The notes under the pieces are model-generated. The model saw only the letters and a list, made by a program, of their open reading frames with translations. It had not been told where the DNA came from and did no database searches. A program made the position numbers and the translations under genes. This document shows, piece after piece, positions 1 to 8,015 of a stretch of DNA of 32,316 nucleotides. Each line of letters opens with the position of its first letter. Position 1 is the stretch's first letter. The stretch is from an uncultured Alphaproteobacteria bacterium (GTDB lineage: Bacteria > Pseudomonadota > Alphaproteobacteria > Minwuiales > Minwuiaceae), in contig CAJYBQ010000001.1 in assembly GCA_913064755.1 (NCBI GenBank), forward strand, positions 1 through 32,316, read 5' to 3'.

Positions 1-175
1 CAGCTCGTCGTAGTGGCGCTCGAGGAAGGTGTTGCGCCATTTGACGGACACTTTGTTCTTCGGGAACGCGCCGAGGGCCACCTCGACGACCTGGCTCGTC
101 AGGAGCGGCTTGCCGAACGAGGCGAAAGCCAGGAGGATGGCCACGATCGCTTTCTCTTGAAACGCGGTCAGATTT
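1..175 (-). other. Open-ended coding fragment, possibly a pogo/Tc5 (CENP-B-type) transposase HTH; probably foreign sequence
   Basis: Minus frame reads RNLTAFQEKAIVAILLAFASFGKPLLTSQVVEVALGAFPKNKVSVKWRNTFLERHYDEL, resembling the LT..EE..LV...W...FL.RH pattern of HTH_Tnp_Tc5 domains (from memory). No start codon of its own; overlaps the end of the nudC fragment. Confidence 0.3.
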
Positions 176-345
176 CGCCGCGCATCCAGTCCTCGATCAG
201 CCGCCGCGAAATTGAATCCTTGCGCGGCAGGCGGAAACTGTCGTTTTCCGGCGAATTCAACAACTGGTCGCGGGTGAACCAGGCGGCGTGTTCCAGTTCT
301 TCCCGGTCCACATTCAGCGTCATATCCGTCGCCTTCGCCGAAAAA
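168..345 (-). pseudogene. nudC: NADH pyrophosphatase C-terminal fragment (about 58 aa), probably a chimeric piece
   Basis: FSAKATDMTLNVDREELEHAAWFTRDQL...FRLPRKDSISRRLIEDW matches the NudC C-terminus. The Nudix box and SQPWPFP motif are absent, replaced by the antisense of the thiolase 5' region. Confidence 0.75.
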
Positions 346-383
346 CGCGCCCCCAACTGGAAGGGCAAATAAGGAGTAAGACA

Positions 384-734
384 ATGTCTGAAGCATGGAT
401 TATCGATGCCTGCCGCACACCTCGCGGCATCGGCAAAAAAGGAAAAGGCGCGCTGGCCGAACAACACCCGCAACACCTTGGGGCCACAGTTCTCAAGGCC
501 ATCGCTGAGCGCAATGACGTCAACACTGCCGATGTCGGCGATGTAATCTTTGGCACCAGCTCACAGCGCGGTGTGCAAAGCGGGGACCTCGCGCGAATGG
601 CGGCGTTGGATGCTGGCTATGATGTGAAAGCGAGTGGCGTCACACTTGATCGCTTCTGCGGCTCCGGTATCAGCTCGGTACAATTGGCTGCCATGAACAT
701 TCTCTCCGGCACAGAAGATGTCGCCATTGGCGGC
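384..734 (+). pseudogene. Acetyl-CoA C-acetyltransferase (thiolase) N-terminal fragment
   Basis: AAGGAG at 371-376, ATG at 384, IIDACRTPRGIGK...TLDRFCGSG with the active-site Cys. Similarity stops at EDVAIGG (734). Codon usage is less GC-rich than the window core. Confidence 0.85.
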
Positions 735-980
735 AAAGGAAGGGCCTGCGCGGGCTGCTGCCTCAATCCCCGGGGCGATGGGTGGCAGGCTGCTGGTGGC
801 CCCGACAAAGACCAAGAGATCGTCGATCGGTTTGGTCAGGACAATTTTTTCAAATGATGAAAAGCTCTGGGGGTTGCGGACGGTAAAGACGTGGCCCGCC
901 GGGATGTCGGCAAATTCATCTTTGATCAGGACTTCCCAGGTATCGGCGGCGGCCTCCAGCGCGGCGCGGCGCGCGGGGGC
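714..980 (-). other. Internal fragment of a secreted RTX/matrixin-like protein N-terminal domain
   Basis: Minus frame APARRAALEAAADTWEVLIKDEFADIPAGHVFTVRNP...PIDDLLVFVGA...ARAGPSFAANGDIF resembles the domain preceding the zinc-protease region in Rhodobacteraceae RTX proteins (from memory). No start or stop of its own. Confidence 0.45.
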
Positions 981-1045
981 TAGGGCCTAGGGCGGCGCGG
1001 GGCCCGCGGTGCGCGGGGGGGCGGGCGGCGGGGGTCGGGGGACGG

Positions 1046-1990
1046 GAGTTCGGGTGCGAGAGCGGCGGGTCGGTCCGCAGCGCGGCGGATTATTCCGGGG
1101 TCTGCGGTCACGGGCCGACCGGGGGCATCGTGCCGATGCGCGGCCATGCCCTGACCGGGGGGCTGACGCCGTCCGACATCTCGGTGGTCGGCCCGCTGGC
1201 ACGCAGCATCGACGACCTGGAACTGGCGCTGGACCTGACGGCGGGGTCCGACCGGCTGGCCGATCCCGGCTGGCGGCTGGACCTGGCGCCGTCCGGCGTG
1301 GACGGGGCCGAGGGGCTGCGCGTCGCGCTGTGGCTGGACGACCCGATCGCGCCGGTCGACAAGAGCGTGCAGAAGATCCTGCGGCATGCGGCGGATGCGC
1401 TGGCCGATGCCGGGGCCATCATCGATGCGGACGCCCGTCCGGCGTTCTCCCCGCAGGACTGCATGAACACCTACATGACCCTGCTGCATGCCGCGATGGC
1501 CGCCCGGATGCCGGAAGCGGCCTATCGGGAGAACATCCTGCGGGTGGAAGGCCTGTCGCCCGACGACGATTCCGACGGTGCGCAGGTGCTGCGGGCGCAG
1601 ACCATTCGCCATCGCGACTGGGCGGCGGCGAACGAGGCGCGGACCCGGATGCGCTACGCCTGGGCGGATTTCTTCGATGCCTACGATGTGCTGCTCTGCC
1701 CGGTCGCGTCGGTCCCGGCCTTCCCGCATGATGAATCGGAGGCCATGGGCTCCCGGACCCTGACGGTGAACGGCCAGACCGTGCCCTATTTCCAGCAATT
1801 GTTCTGGGCCGGGATGACCGGTGTCAGCTATCTGCCCGGCACCGTGGTGCCCGGCGGGCTGACCAGCCAGAACCTGCCCGTCGGCATCCAGGTCGTGGGG
1901 CCGGAGCTGGGCGACCGCCGCACCCTGGGTGTCGCGCGGGTGATCGAGGCCCTGACCGGCGGGTTCCGGAGCCCGCACGGTTTCGACTGA
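1046..1990 (+). CDS. Amidase signature family protein, 5'-truncated
   Basis: VGPLARSIDDLELAL, FFDAYDVLLCP, LPVGIQVVG motifs. The signature region is present but corrupted (EFGCESGGSVRSAADYSGVCGHGPTGG). Confidence 0.9.
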   Translation, partial: EFGCESGGSVRSAADYSGVCGHGPTGGIVPMRGHALTGGLTPSDISVVGPLARSIDDLELALDLTAGSDRLADPGWRLDLAPSGVDGAEGLRVALWLDDPIAPVDKSVQKILRHAADALADAGAIIDADARPAFSPQDCMNTYMTLLHAAMAARMPEAAYRENILRVEGLSPDDDSDGAQVLRAQTIRHRDWAAANEARTRMRYAWADFFDAYDVLLCPVASVPAFPHDESEAMGSRTLTVNGQTVPYFQQLFWAGMTGVSYLPGTVVPGGLTSQNLPVGIQVVGPELGDRRTLGVARVIEALTGGFRSPHGFD

Positions 1991-2012
1991 CACGACCCCG
2001 GGGAGGGACAGC

Positions 2013-2450
2013 ATGGAAGACGACGCAGACTACTTCGCCGCGAAGCGCAATCCCGGTGACCGTTACCGGGTGTTCGACCCGAAGGACCCGCACGAGACCA
2101 ATACCGGCCCGTTCTTCTGGCGCCTGCGCGACGACCGGCTGCGGTTCGCCTTCCGGGCCGAGGAAAAGCACTGCAATTCCGGCGGCATCGTGCATGGCGG
2201 CCTGCTGATGACCTTTGCCGACCTGATGATGTGCGCGGCGGGCACGGTGGGCACCACCGACCGGGGCGTCTTCACCGTGTCGTTCAATGCCGAGTTCATG
2301 GCCAGCGGCAACCTGGGCGAGATCATCAAGGCCCGGTCGGAGGTGGTGCGCCGCACCGGCCAGATGGTCTTCATGCGCGGCGAGATCTATACCGACGAGC
2401 GGGTGATCCTGACCTGCTCCGCCGTGCTGCGGCGGATGCGCCAGAGCTGA
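2013..2450 (+). CDS. PaaI family (hotdog-fold) thioesterase
   Basis: HCNSGGIVHGGLLMTFAD motif; GGAGG RBS upstream. Confidence 0.9.
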   Translation: MEDDADYFAAKRNPGDRYRVFDPKDPHETNTGPFFWRLRDDRLRFAFRAEEKHCNSGGIVHGGLLMTFADLMMCAAGTVGTTDRGVFTVSFNAEFMASGNLGEIIKARSEVVRRTGQMVFMRGEIYTDERVILTCSAVLRRMRQS

Positions 2451-2551
2451 AGCACGCCAGGCGGGCCGCTGCCGGCGCTTTGCCGGCAAGCCCGCCGAAG
2501 CGCCATTCTGCCACATCGCGGTGGCCGACGACGCACGGCAGTCTGTCGCCC

Positions 2552-2956
2552 ATGCACAGCCGCATGACCATGTTCCAGCCCGTCATCTGCGCCTTCGCGG
2601 TCATCGCGGTGGCGTTCCATGCGTGGTTCTGGGTCGCCTGTGCGGTGCAGATGACCCACCAGGGCGTGGGATCATCGACCGAGGGGCTGGGCCTCGTCAT
2701 CTGCACGCCGAACGGCCTGCGGTCCGTGACCCCGCCCGATGGCCTGCCTGCGCAGCCGGTTCACGATACCTGCCCGGAATGCAGCCAGGGCTGTGGTGCC
2801 GGGCTGCAGGATCCGGTGCTGGCGCTGCAGCATCCGGCCAGCATCGCGGCACTTGTTCCGGCCGAGCGGCTGCAGTCCGCCCCGGTCCTTCCCTCCCCTG
2901 TCCAGCGGCAGGCGCGCCCGCGCGCGCCGCCGGTTTCCGGCTTCGATCTCACCTGA
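2552..2956 (+). CDS. DUF2946 family protein (CruR/CutF-like copper-responsive leader), start uncertain (2552/2564/2570)
   Basis: Hydrophobic N-terminus, VICTPNG, HDTCPEC (CxxC), Pro-rich linker and C-terminal PRAPP (RAPP codons 2921-2932); lies upstream of a copper chaperone. Confidence 0.85.
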   Translation: MHSRMTMFQPVICAFAVIAVAFHAWFWVACAVQMTHQGVGSSTEGLGLVICTPNGLRSVTPPDGLPAQPVHDTCPECSQGCGAGLQDPVLALQHPASIAALVPAERLQSAPVLPSPVQRQARPRAPPVSGFDLT

Positions 2957-3001
2957 TTTCGACAGCTGGAAACGGCTGATCCGGGCTGGAACCGGGTCAG
3001 C
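2930..3001 (+). promoter_or_regulatory. Alternative RNA hairpins between the RAPP codons and the next RBS
   Basis: gctgatccgg (2975-2984) pairs with ccgggtcagc (2992-3001). ccggtttccggct (2930-2942) is imperfectly complementary to both 2964-2975 and 2984-2995. AAGGA at 3007-3011. Confidence 0.5.
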
Positions 3002-3016
3002 GAGACAAGGATTGCA

Positions 3017-3298
3017 ATGCAGATACGCCTGTTTGCGGTGAGCCACCTGCTCGCCGCCGCGGGAGTGGCGATTCTCGCCCTCTCGACCCCCGCCGACGCG
3101 GGTTCCGACCACGCCAGGGTCGCTTCCGCCGCGCCACCGGACCAGATCGCCGACCCGGACAACCTCGCGGGGCAGCGGGGCAACCTGCGGGGCCTGCGTT
3201 TCGCCTTCGAGGCAGCGGTGCCCGTCTACCAGAACCTGAACGGACCGCAGATGGACACGGACGTCATTCTCACCCTTGGTCTCCAGTACGCCTGGTGA
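3017..3298 (+). CDS. 93-aa exported protein resembling an internally deleted outer-membrane beta-barrel ('transporter'-type); may be a pseudogene
   Basis: Signal peptide (…STPADA), then ADPDNLAGQRGNLRGLRFAFEAAVPVYQNLNGPQMDTDVILTLGLQYAW with two amphipathic strands and a terminal aromatic residue (beta-signal-like). Confidence 0.6.
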   Translation: MQIRLFAVSHLLAAAGVAILALSTPADAGSDHARVASAAPPDQIADPDNLAGQRGNLRGLRFAFEAAVPVYQNLNGPQMDTDVILTLGLQYAW

Positions 3299-3321
3299 CC
3301 CCAATGAAAGGAGCAATTGCC

Positions 3322-3807
3322 ATGCTGGCATGCCTGAAGAAGCTGAACACCATCCGGAACCTGGCCCTGCCAGGTCTCGTCCTGGCCATCACCCTGGGCC
3401 TGGGGGCGGCCATCGTGCCGGCCACCGCGCACGAGGTCACCAGCGGCGACCTGACCCTGGTCCACCCGCACGCCTTTGCCAGCATCGGCAAGGCGGGGAC
3501 CGGGGCGGTCTTCGTGAAGATCGTCAACAAGGGGCCGGCGGACAGGCTGGTCGATGTCGAATACGACCAGGCCGCCCGCGCCGAACTGCACACCCACCTG
3601 CACGAGAACGGTCGCATGAAGATGCGCCAGGTCGACGGCATCGACGTCCCCGCGGGCGGGGAGGCCGTCCTGCAGCCCGGCGGCGATCACATCATGCTGA
3701 TGGGTCTGAACGCGGCCCTGAAGTCGGGCGAGATGCACGCCCTGGTGCTGGTGTTCCGCGACGCGGGCCGGGTGCCGGTCGATTTCATCGTCGTGGACCG
3801 GAAGTAG
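3322..3807 (+). CDS. Periplasmic copper chaperone PCu(A)C
   Basis: Signal peptide; ELHTH...MKMR...LQPGGDHIMLMGL (H-x-M-x-H-x-M copper site); AAGGAG RBS before ATG 3322. Confidence 0.93.
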   Translation: MLACLKKLNTIRNLALPGLVLAITLGLGAAIVPATAHEVTSGDLTLVHPHAFASIGKAGTGAVFVKIVNKGPADRLVDVEYDQAARAELHTHLHENGRMKMRQVDGIDVPAGGEAVLQPGGDHIMLMGLNAALKSGEMHALVLVFRDAGRVPVDFIVVDRK

Positions 3808-3824
3808 CGCCGCGGTCCCGATCC

Positions 3825-3858
3825 CCTGCCGTCCCGGGATCAGCCCCGGGGCGGCAGG
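3825..3858. terminator. GC-rich hairpin between convergent PCuAC and bolA
   Basis: cctgccgtcccggg / cccggggcggcagg, 14-bp stem with one G-U pair and a 6-nt loop; no U-tract. Confidence 0.45.
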
Positions 3859-3921
3859 CCGGATGGTCCGGTTGCCCGGCAGCGGTGCCGTTGCCGTTGC
3901 CGGTGCTCCGTGGGGGCGGTC

Positions 3922-4197
3922 TTACCGGGCGGCTTCTGCCGGAGTCAGGGTTTCCAGGGCGAGGGCGTGCACGCGCTCGTCCATCTCCGCCTTCAGCAGG
4001 CGGTAGACGCTGCGCTGGCGGTTGACGCGGCTCTGCCCCTCGAAGGCGGCGGAGACGATCCGCACGTGAAAGTGGGTTTCCCCCTCCGGCCGGGCGCCGA
4101 CATGGCCCTTGTGCTTGTGGGATTCATCCTCGATCTGCAGCAGCACGGGGTCCAGGCCCTCGGTCAGGCGCTGATGGATGCGTTTGGCATAGGTCAT
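3922..4197 (-). CDS. bolA: BolA family protein
   Basis: IEDESHKHKGH...ETHFHVRIVSAAFEGQSRVNRQRSVY...VHALAL. Confidence 0.95.
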   Translation of the reverse strand: MTYAKRIHQRLTEGLDPVLLQIEDESHKHKGHVGARPEGETHFHVRIVSAAFEGQSRVNRQRSVYRLLKAEMDERVHALALETLTPAEAAR

Positions 4198-4310
4198 GGA
4201 ATGTCCCCGGGGTTGCGTTCGACCGGTACGGTATGCCCGCCCCGGTTACATCTGGCGATCACGTCTGCAAGGTATCGCCGATCTTTGGTGCTTTGTCGCG
4301 CCTGTCAAGC

Positions 4311-4339
4311 TTGCCCCCGCCGATCAGCCTCACCATAAT
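4311..4339 (+). promoter_or_regulatory. Putative sigma70/RpoH-type promoter giving a leaderless J-domain mRNA
   Basis: TTGCCC (4311-4316), 17-nt spacer, CATAAT (4334-4339); ATG at 4347 with no Shine-Dalgarno. Confidence 0.55.
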
Positions 4340-4346
4340 CCGCCGC

Positions 4347-4937
4347 ATGTCACGACCGCAGCAGAGAAGCCGCACGCGTTACGCGGGGCGGATCATTTCC
4401 GATGACCCGTCGCCGCAGCCCTGCGCCAAGGCAGGCGGTCTCGAACCGGGGGAGTTCCGCGCGCCGAAGTCCCGCGACGGCACCGCCGGGTATCACCTGT
4501 TCTGCCTGGACCACGTCCGCGAGTACAACAAGTCCTACAATTATTTCGCCGACATGGAACCCGACGAGGCCATGACCTTCCAGAACTCCGCGGCCTATGG
4601 CCATCGGGAGACCTGGCCGATGGGTCATCGCACGGCCACGATGCGGACCGATGCGCCGTTTTCCGACCCCTTCGGCTTTGCCGACGACCGGGCCGAGAGA
4701 AAGGCCGCGCGGGAGGCGGAAAAGATGCGCCAGAGGCGCCAGTACACGGCGGAACAGAGGGATGCGTTCAGAACACTGGACGTAGACCCGACCGATGACT
4801 TGCACGCGCTCAAGAGACACTATAAGCAACTGGTAAAACGGTTTCATCCGGACGCCAATGGCGGCGATCGCCGCGCCGAGGACCGGCTGAAGAACATCAA
4901 CCAGGCCTTCAGCGTGCTCAACGCCGGTCTTTCCTGA
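4347..4937 (+). CDS. J-domain (DnaJ-class) protein with N-terminal Cys/His region
   Basis: GEFRAPKS...FCLDHVREYNKSYNYF and C-terminal YKQLVKRFHPDANGGD (HPD motif); usual position between bolA and cobS. Confidence 0.92.
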   Translation: MSRPQQRSRTRYAGRIISDDPSPQPCAKAGGLEPGEFRAPKSRDGTAGYHLFCLDHVREYNKSYNYFADMEPDEAMTFQNSAAYGHRETWPMGHRTATMRTDAPFSDPFGFADDRAERKAAREAEKMRQRRQYTAEQRDAFRTLDVDPTDDLHALKRHYKQLVKRFHPDANGGDRRAEDRLKNINQAFSVLNAGLS

Positions 4938-4997
4938 CGACCCGTGTCCCGGCCTCCCCGGGGCAGCCAGCGGTCCCTCCATCTCCAGGGGATACGA

Positions 4998-5999
4998 ATG
5001 ACTTCAAGGGATTTTGACGACCTGCCGACGCTGCCTGCGGGCGACCCGGACCAGGTAGTTTCCGCGCGCGAGGCGTTCGGCATAGACAGCGACATGCAGG
5101 TGCCGGCGTTCTCCGAAACGACCGACCGCGTGCCGCCGATCGACCCGACGTACCTGTTCGACCGGGAAACCACGCTGGCCATCCTGGCGGGCTTCAAGCA
5201 CAACCGCCGCGTCATGATCCAGGGCTTCCACGGTACCGGCAAGTCGACCCACGTCGAACAGATCGCGGCCCGGCTGAACTGGCCCTGCGTGCGCGTCAAC
5301 CTGGACAGCCACATCAGCCGTATCGACCTGGTGGGCAAGGACGCCATCGTCCTGCGCGACGGCCAGCAGGTCACCGAGTTCAAGGACGGCATCCTGCCCT
5401 GGGCGCTGCAGAACCCGGTCGCCATGGTGTTCGACGAATATGACGCCGGTCGCCCCGACGTGATGTTCGTGATCCAGCGCGTGCTGGAACACGACGGCAA
5501 GCTGACCCTGCTGGACCAGAACCGCGTGCTGCATCCGCACAAGAGCTTCCGCCTGTTCTCCACCACCAACACGATCGGCCTGGGCGACACCACCGGCCTG
5601 TATCACGGCACGCAGCAGATCAACCAGGGCCAGATGGACCGCTGGAACATCGTCACCACGCTGAACTACCTGGAGCATGACGAAGAGGCCGGGATCGTCC
5701 TGGCCAAGACCCCGTCCTACGACACGCCGGAGGGCCGGAAGCTGCTCAGCGCCATGGTCAACGTGGCCGACCTGACCCGCGCCGGCTTCGTGGCGGGTGA
5801 CATTTCCACGGTCATGTCCCCCCGGACGGTGATCACCTGGGCGGAGAATACCGAGATCTTCGGTGATGTCGGTTTCGCGTTCCGGGTCACGTTCCTGAAC
5901 AAGTGCGACGAGACCGAACGCAGCATCGTCGCCGAATATTACCAGCGCAGCCTGGGCATGGACCTGCCGGAATCGGCAGCCATGGCGACGGTGAGCTAG
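4998..5999 (+). CDS. cobS: Cobaltochelatase subunit CobS (AAA+ ATPase)
   Basis: Walker [47 protein letters not shown]. Confidence 0.97.
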   Translation: MTSRDFDDLPTLPAGDPDQVVSAREAFGIDSDMQVPAFSETTDRVPPIDPTYLFDRETTLAILAGFKHNRRVMIQGFHGTGKSTHVEQIAARLNWPCVRVNLDSHISRIDLVGKDAIVLRDGQQVTEFKDGILPWALQNPVAMVFDEYDAGRPDVMFVIQRVLEHDGKLTLLDQNRVLHPHKSFRLFSTTNTIGLGDTTGLYHGTQQINQGQMDRWNIVTTLNYLEHDEEAGIVLAKTPSYDTPEGRKLLSAMVNVADLTRAGFVAGDISTVMSPRTVITWAENTEIFGDVGFAFRVTFLNKCDETERSIVAEYYQRSLGMDLPESAAMATVS

Positions 6000-6008
6000 T
6001 TTTCCTGC

Positions 6009-6097
6009 GGTCCGCGCCGCCCCTCTCCCCCACCCGCCCCCGCGATCCGGGATACTGTCGCTGGCTGGTCGGGTGGCGGAGAGGGGCGGCACGGACC
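6009..6097. repeat. 89-bp palindromic intergenic element (REP/MITE-like)
   Basis: 28-nt arms at 6009-6036 and 6070-6097 are reverse complements at 26/28 positions, with a 33-nt loop. Confidence 0.8.
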
Positions 6098-6126
6098 ACG
6101 AGACAATTTCGAAGGATTCCTGCCAG

Positions 6127-7968
6127 GTGAGCAAGGGTACGGAAGGGCCGACAGAACCGTTCAAGCGCGCCGTTGCGGCCGCGATGCGGGCCATGTCGGG
6201 GGAAAGGGAGCTCGAGGTCAGCTATGGCCCCGAGACGCCGACCCTGCGCGGCAAGCGCGCGCGTCTGCCTGTCCCCGGACGGCAGATGGACAAGGCCGAA
6301 CTGGCCCAGGTGCGGGGCACGTCGGATGCCTTCGCGCTGCGCCTGCGCCACCACGACCGCGCGGTTCACCAGCGCAACATGCCCCAGGGCGGCACCGCCC
6401 GGGCGATCTTCGAATCCATCGAGCAGGCACGGGTGGAGGCCATTGGCTCCCGCCAGATGATGGGCGTCGCCGACAACCTGCACGCGGCGCTGGAAGAACG
6501 CTGCCGGGTGCGCGGCTATGGCCGCCTGCGCGACCAGGCCGAGGCCCCGCTGTCCGAGGCCGTCGGCCTGTTGATGCGCGAGGCCCTGAACGACCGCGAA
6601 CTGCCCGCCGACGGGCGCAACCTGCTCGACCTCTGGCGCGCCGACCTGCTGGAGAAAAGCGGCAGCGACCTCGACGGCCTGCTTGGCAACCTGGATGACC
6701 AGAAGGCCTTCGCCAAGGCGGCGCGGCAGCTGATCCGCGACCTCGGCTACATGGAAGACGAGCAGACCGACGGCGACGAGGACGAGGACGAGGAATCCGA
6801 CGACAACGCCGAACAGCAGCAGCAGGGCGAGGAAGAGGGCCAGGACGGCAGCCAGGACGCCGCCGAACCCCAGTCCGCCGAGGCCGGGGATGGCGAGGAC
6901 GCCGCCGACCAGCAGGGCGAACAGGTCCAGTCGTCCGGTGATGACGAGATGGAAGGGGAAGGGGACGAGGCCGGCAAGGGCCGTCGCCCGCTCTACCCCG
7001 ATGACTTCGCCAACGAACCGCCGCGCCCGGCCTATCGCCCCTTCACCACCGATTTCGATGAAGTGGTGGAGGCGAGTGACCTCTGCGACAACGAGGAACT
7101 GACCCGCCTGCGCGCGCAGCTGGACCAGCAGCTGCACCACATGCAGTCCGTGGTCAGCAAGCTGGCCAACCGCTTGCAGCGCCGCCTGATGGCGAAGCAG
7201 AACCGGTCGTGGGATTTCGACCTGGAAGACGGCTACCTGGATACCGCCCGGCTGGCCCGCGTCGTTGCCAATCCGTCGCTGCCGCTGTCCTACAAGATGG
7301 AGCGCGACACGGATTTCCGCGACACGGTCGTCACCCTGCTGGTGGACAATTCCGGCTCCATGCGCGGCCGGCCGATCACGGTGGCCGCCATGTGCGGCGA
7401 CATCCTGGCCCGCACGCTGGAACGCTGCGCGGTGAAGGTGGAGATCCTGGGCTTCACGACCCGCGCCTGGAAGGGCGGCCAGTCACGCGAACGCTGGCTC
7501 GCCGCGGGCAAGCCGCTCAACCCCGGCCGCCTGAACGACCTGCGCCACATCGTCTACAAGCCCGCCGACATGCCCTGGCGCCGGGCGCGCAAGAACCTCG
7601 GCCTGATGCTGCGAGAAGGGCTGCTGAAGGAGAACATCGACGGCGAGGCCCTGCTCTGGGCCCACGAACGGGTCATTGCCCGCCCCGAACAGCGCCGCAT
7701 CCTGATGGTGATCTCCGACGGTGCGCCGGTGGATGATTCCACCCTGTCGGTGAACACCGGCAACTACCTGGACCGCCACCTGCGCGAGACCATCGAACAC
7801 ATCGAGACCCGCTCCCCCGTCGAGCTGATCGCCATCGGCATCGGCCATGACGTGACCCGCTATTACCGCCGCGCCGTCACCGTCGTGGACGCCGAACAGG
7901 GGGGCGGCGTCATGATGGACAAGCTGGCCGACCTGTGCGACGACGATCCCGGTGTGAAGCCGAACTGA
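6127..7968 (+). CDS. cobT: Cobaltochelatase subunit CobT (vWA domain)
   Basis: EPFKRAV N-terminus, acidic linker, [35 protein letters not shown]; GTG start after GAAGGA. Confidence 0.97.
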   Translation: MSKGTEGPTEPFKRAVAAAMRAMSGERELEVSYGPETPTLRGKRARLPVPGRQMDKAELAQVRGTSDAFALRLRHHDRAVHQRNMPQGGTARAIFESIEQARVEAIGSRQMMGVADNLHAALEERCRVRGYGRLRDQAEAPLSEAVGLLMREALNDRELPADGRNLLDLWRADLLEKSGSDLDGLLGNLDDQKAFAKAARQLIRDLGYMEDEQTDGDEDEDEESDDNAEQQQQGEEEGQDGSQDAAEPQSAEAGDGEDAADQQGEQVQSSGDDEMEGEGDEAGKGRRPLYPDDFANEPPRPAYRPFTTDFDEVVEASDLCDNEELTRLRAQLDQQLHHMQSVVSKLANRLQRRLMAKQNRSWDFDLEDGYLDTARLARVVANPSLPLSYKMERDTDFRDTVVTLLVDNSGSMRGRPITVAAMCGDILARTLERCAVKVEILGFTTRAWKGGQSRERWLAAGKPLNPGRLNDLRHIVYKPADMPWRRARKNLGLMLREGLLKENIDGEALLWAHERVIARPEQRRILMVISDGAPVDDSTLSVNTGNYLDRHLRETIEHIETRSPVELIAIGIGHDVTRYYRRAVTVVDAEQGGGVMMDKLADLCDDDPGVKPN

Positions 7969-8015
7969 TCGCGATCCCGTGGGCCTGGAGCATCCCTGCG
8001 CCGAAATGCGCGGTC

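Noticed and set aside
288-857. Complete 189-aa short thiolase
   Set aside because: Only 384-734 is thiolase; the flanks are antisense of other fragments and the C-terminal catalytic His/Cys are absent.
980-1130. Diversity-generating or deaminase-type hypermutation, or a G-quadruplex element
   Set aside because: Changes come from A, C and T alike, no reverse transcriptase or template repeat is present, and the same pattern occurs at the other end.
6757-6975. Low-complexity GAC/GAG/CAG-rich tract as a tandem repeat or array
   Set aside because: It encodes the normal acidic linker of CobT.
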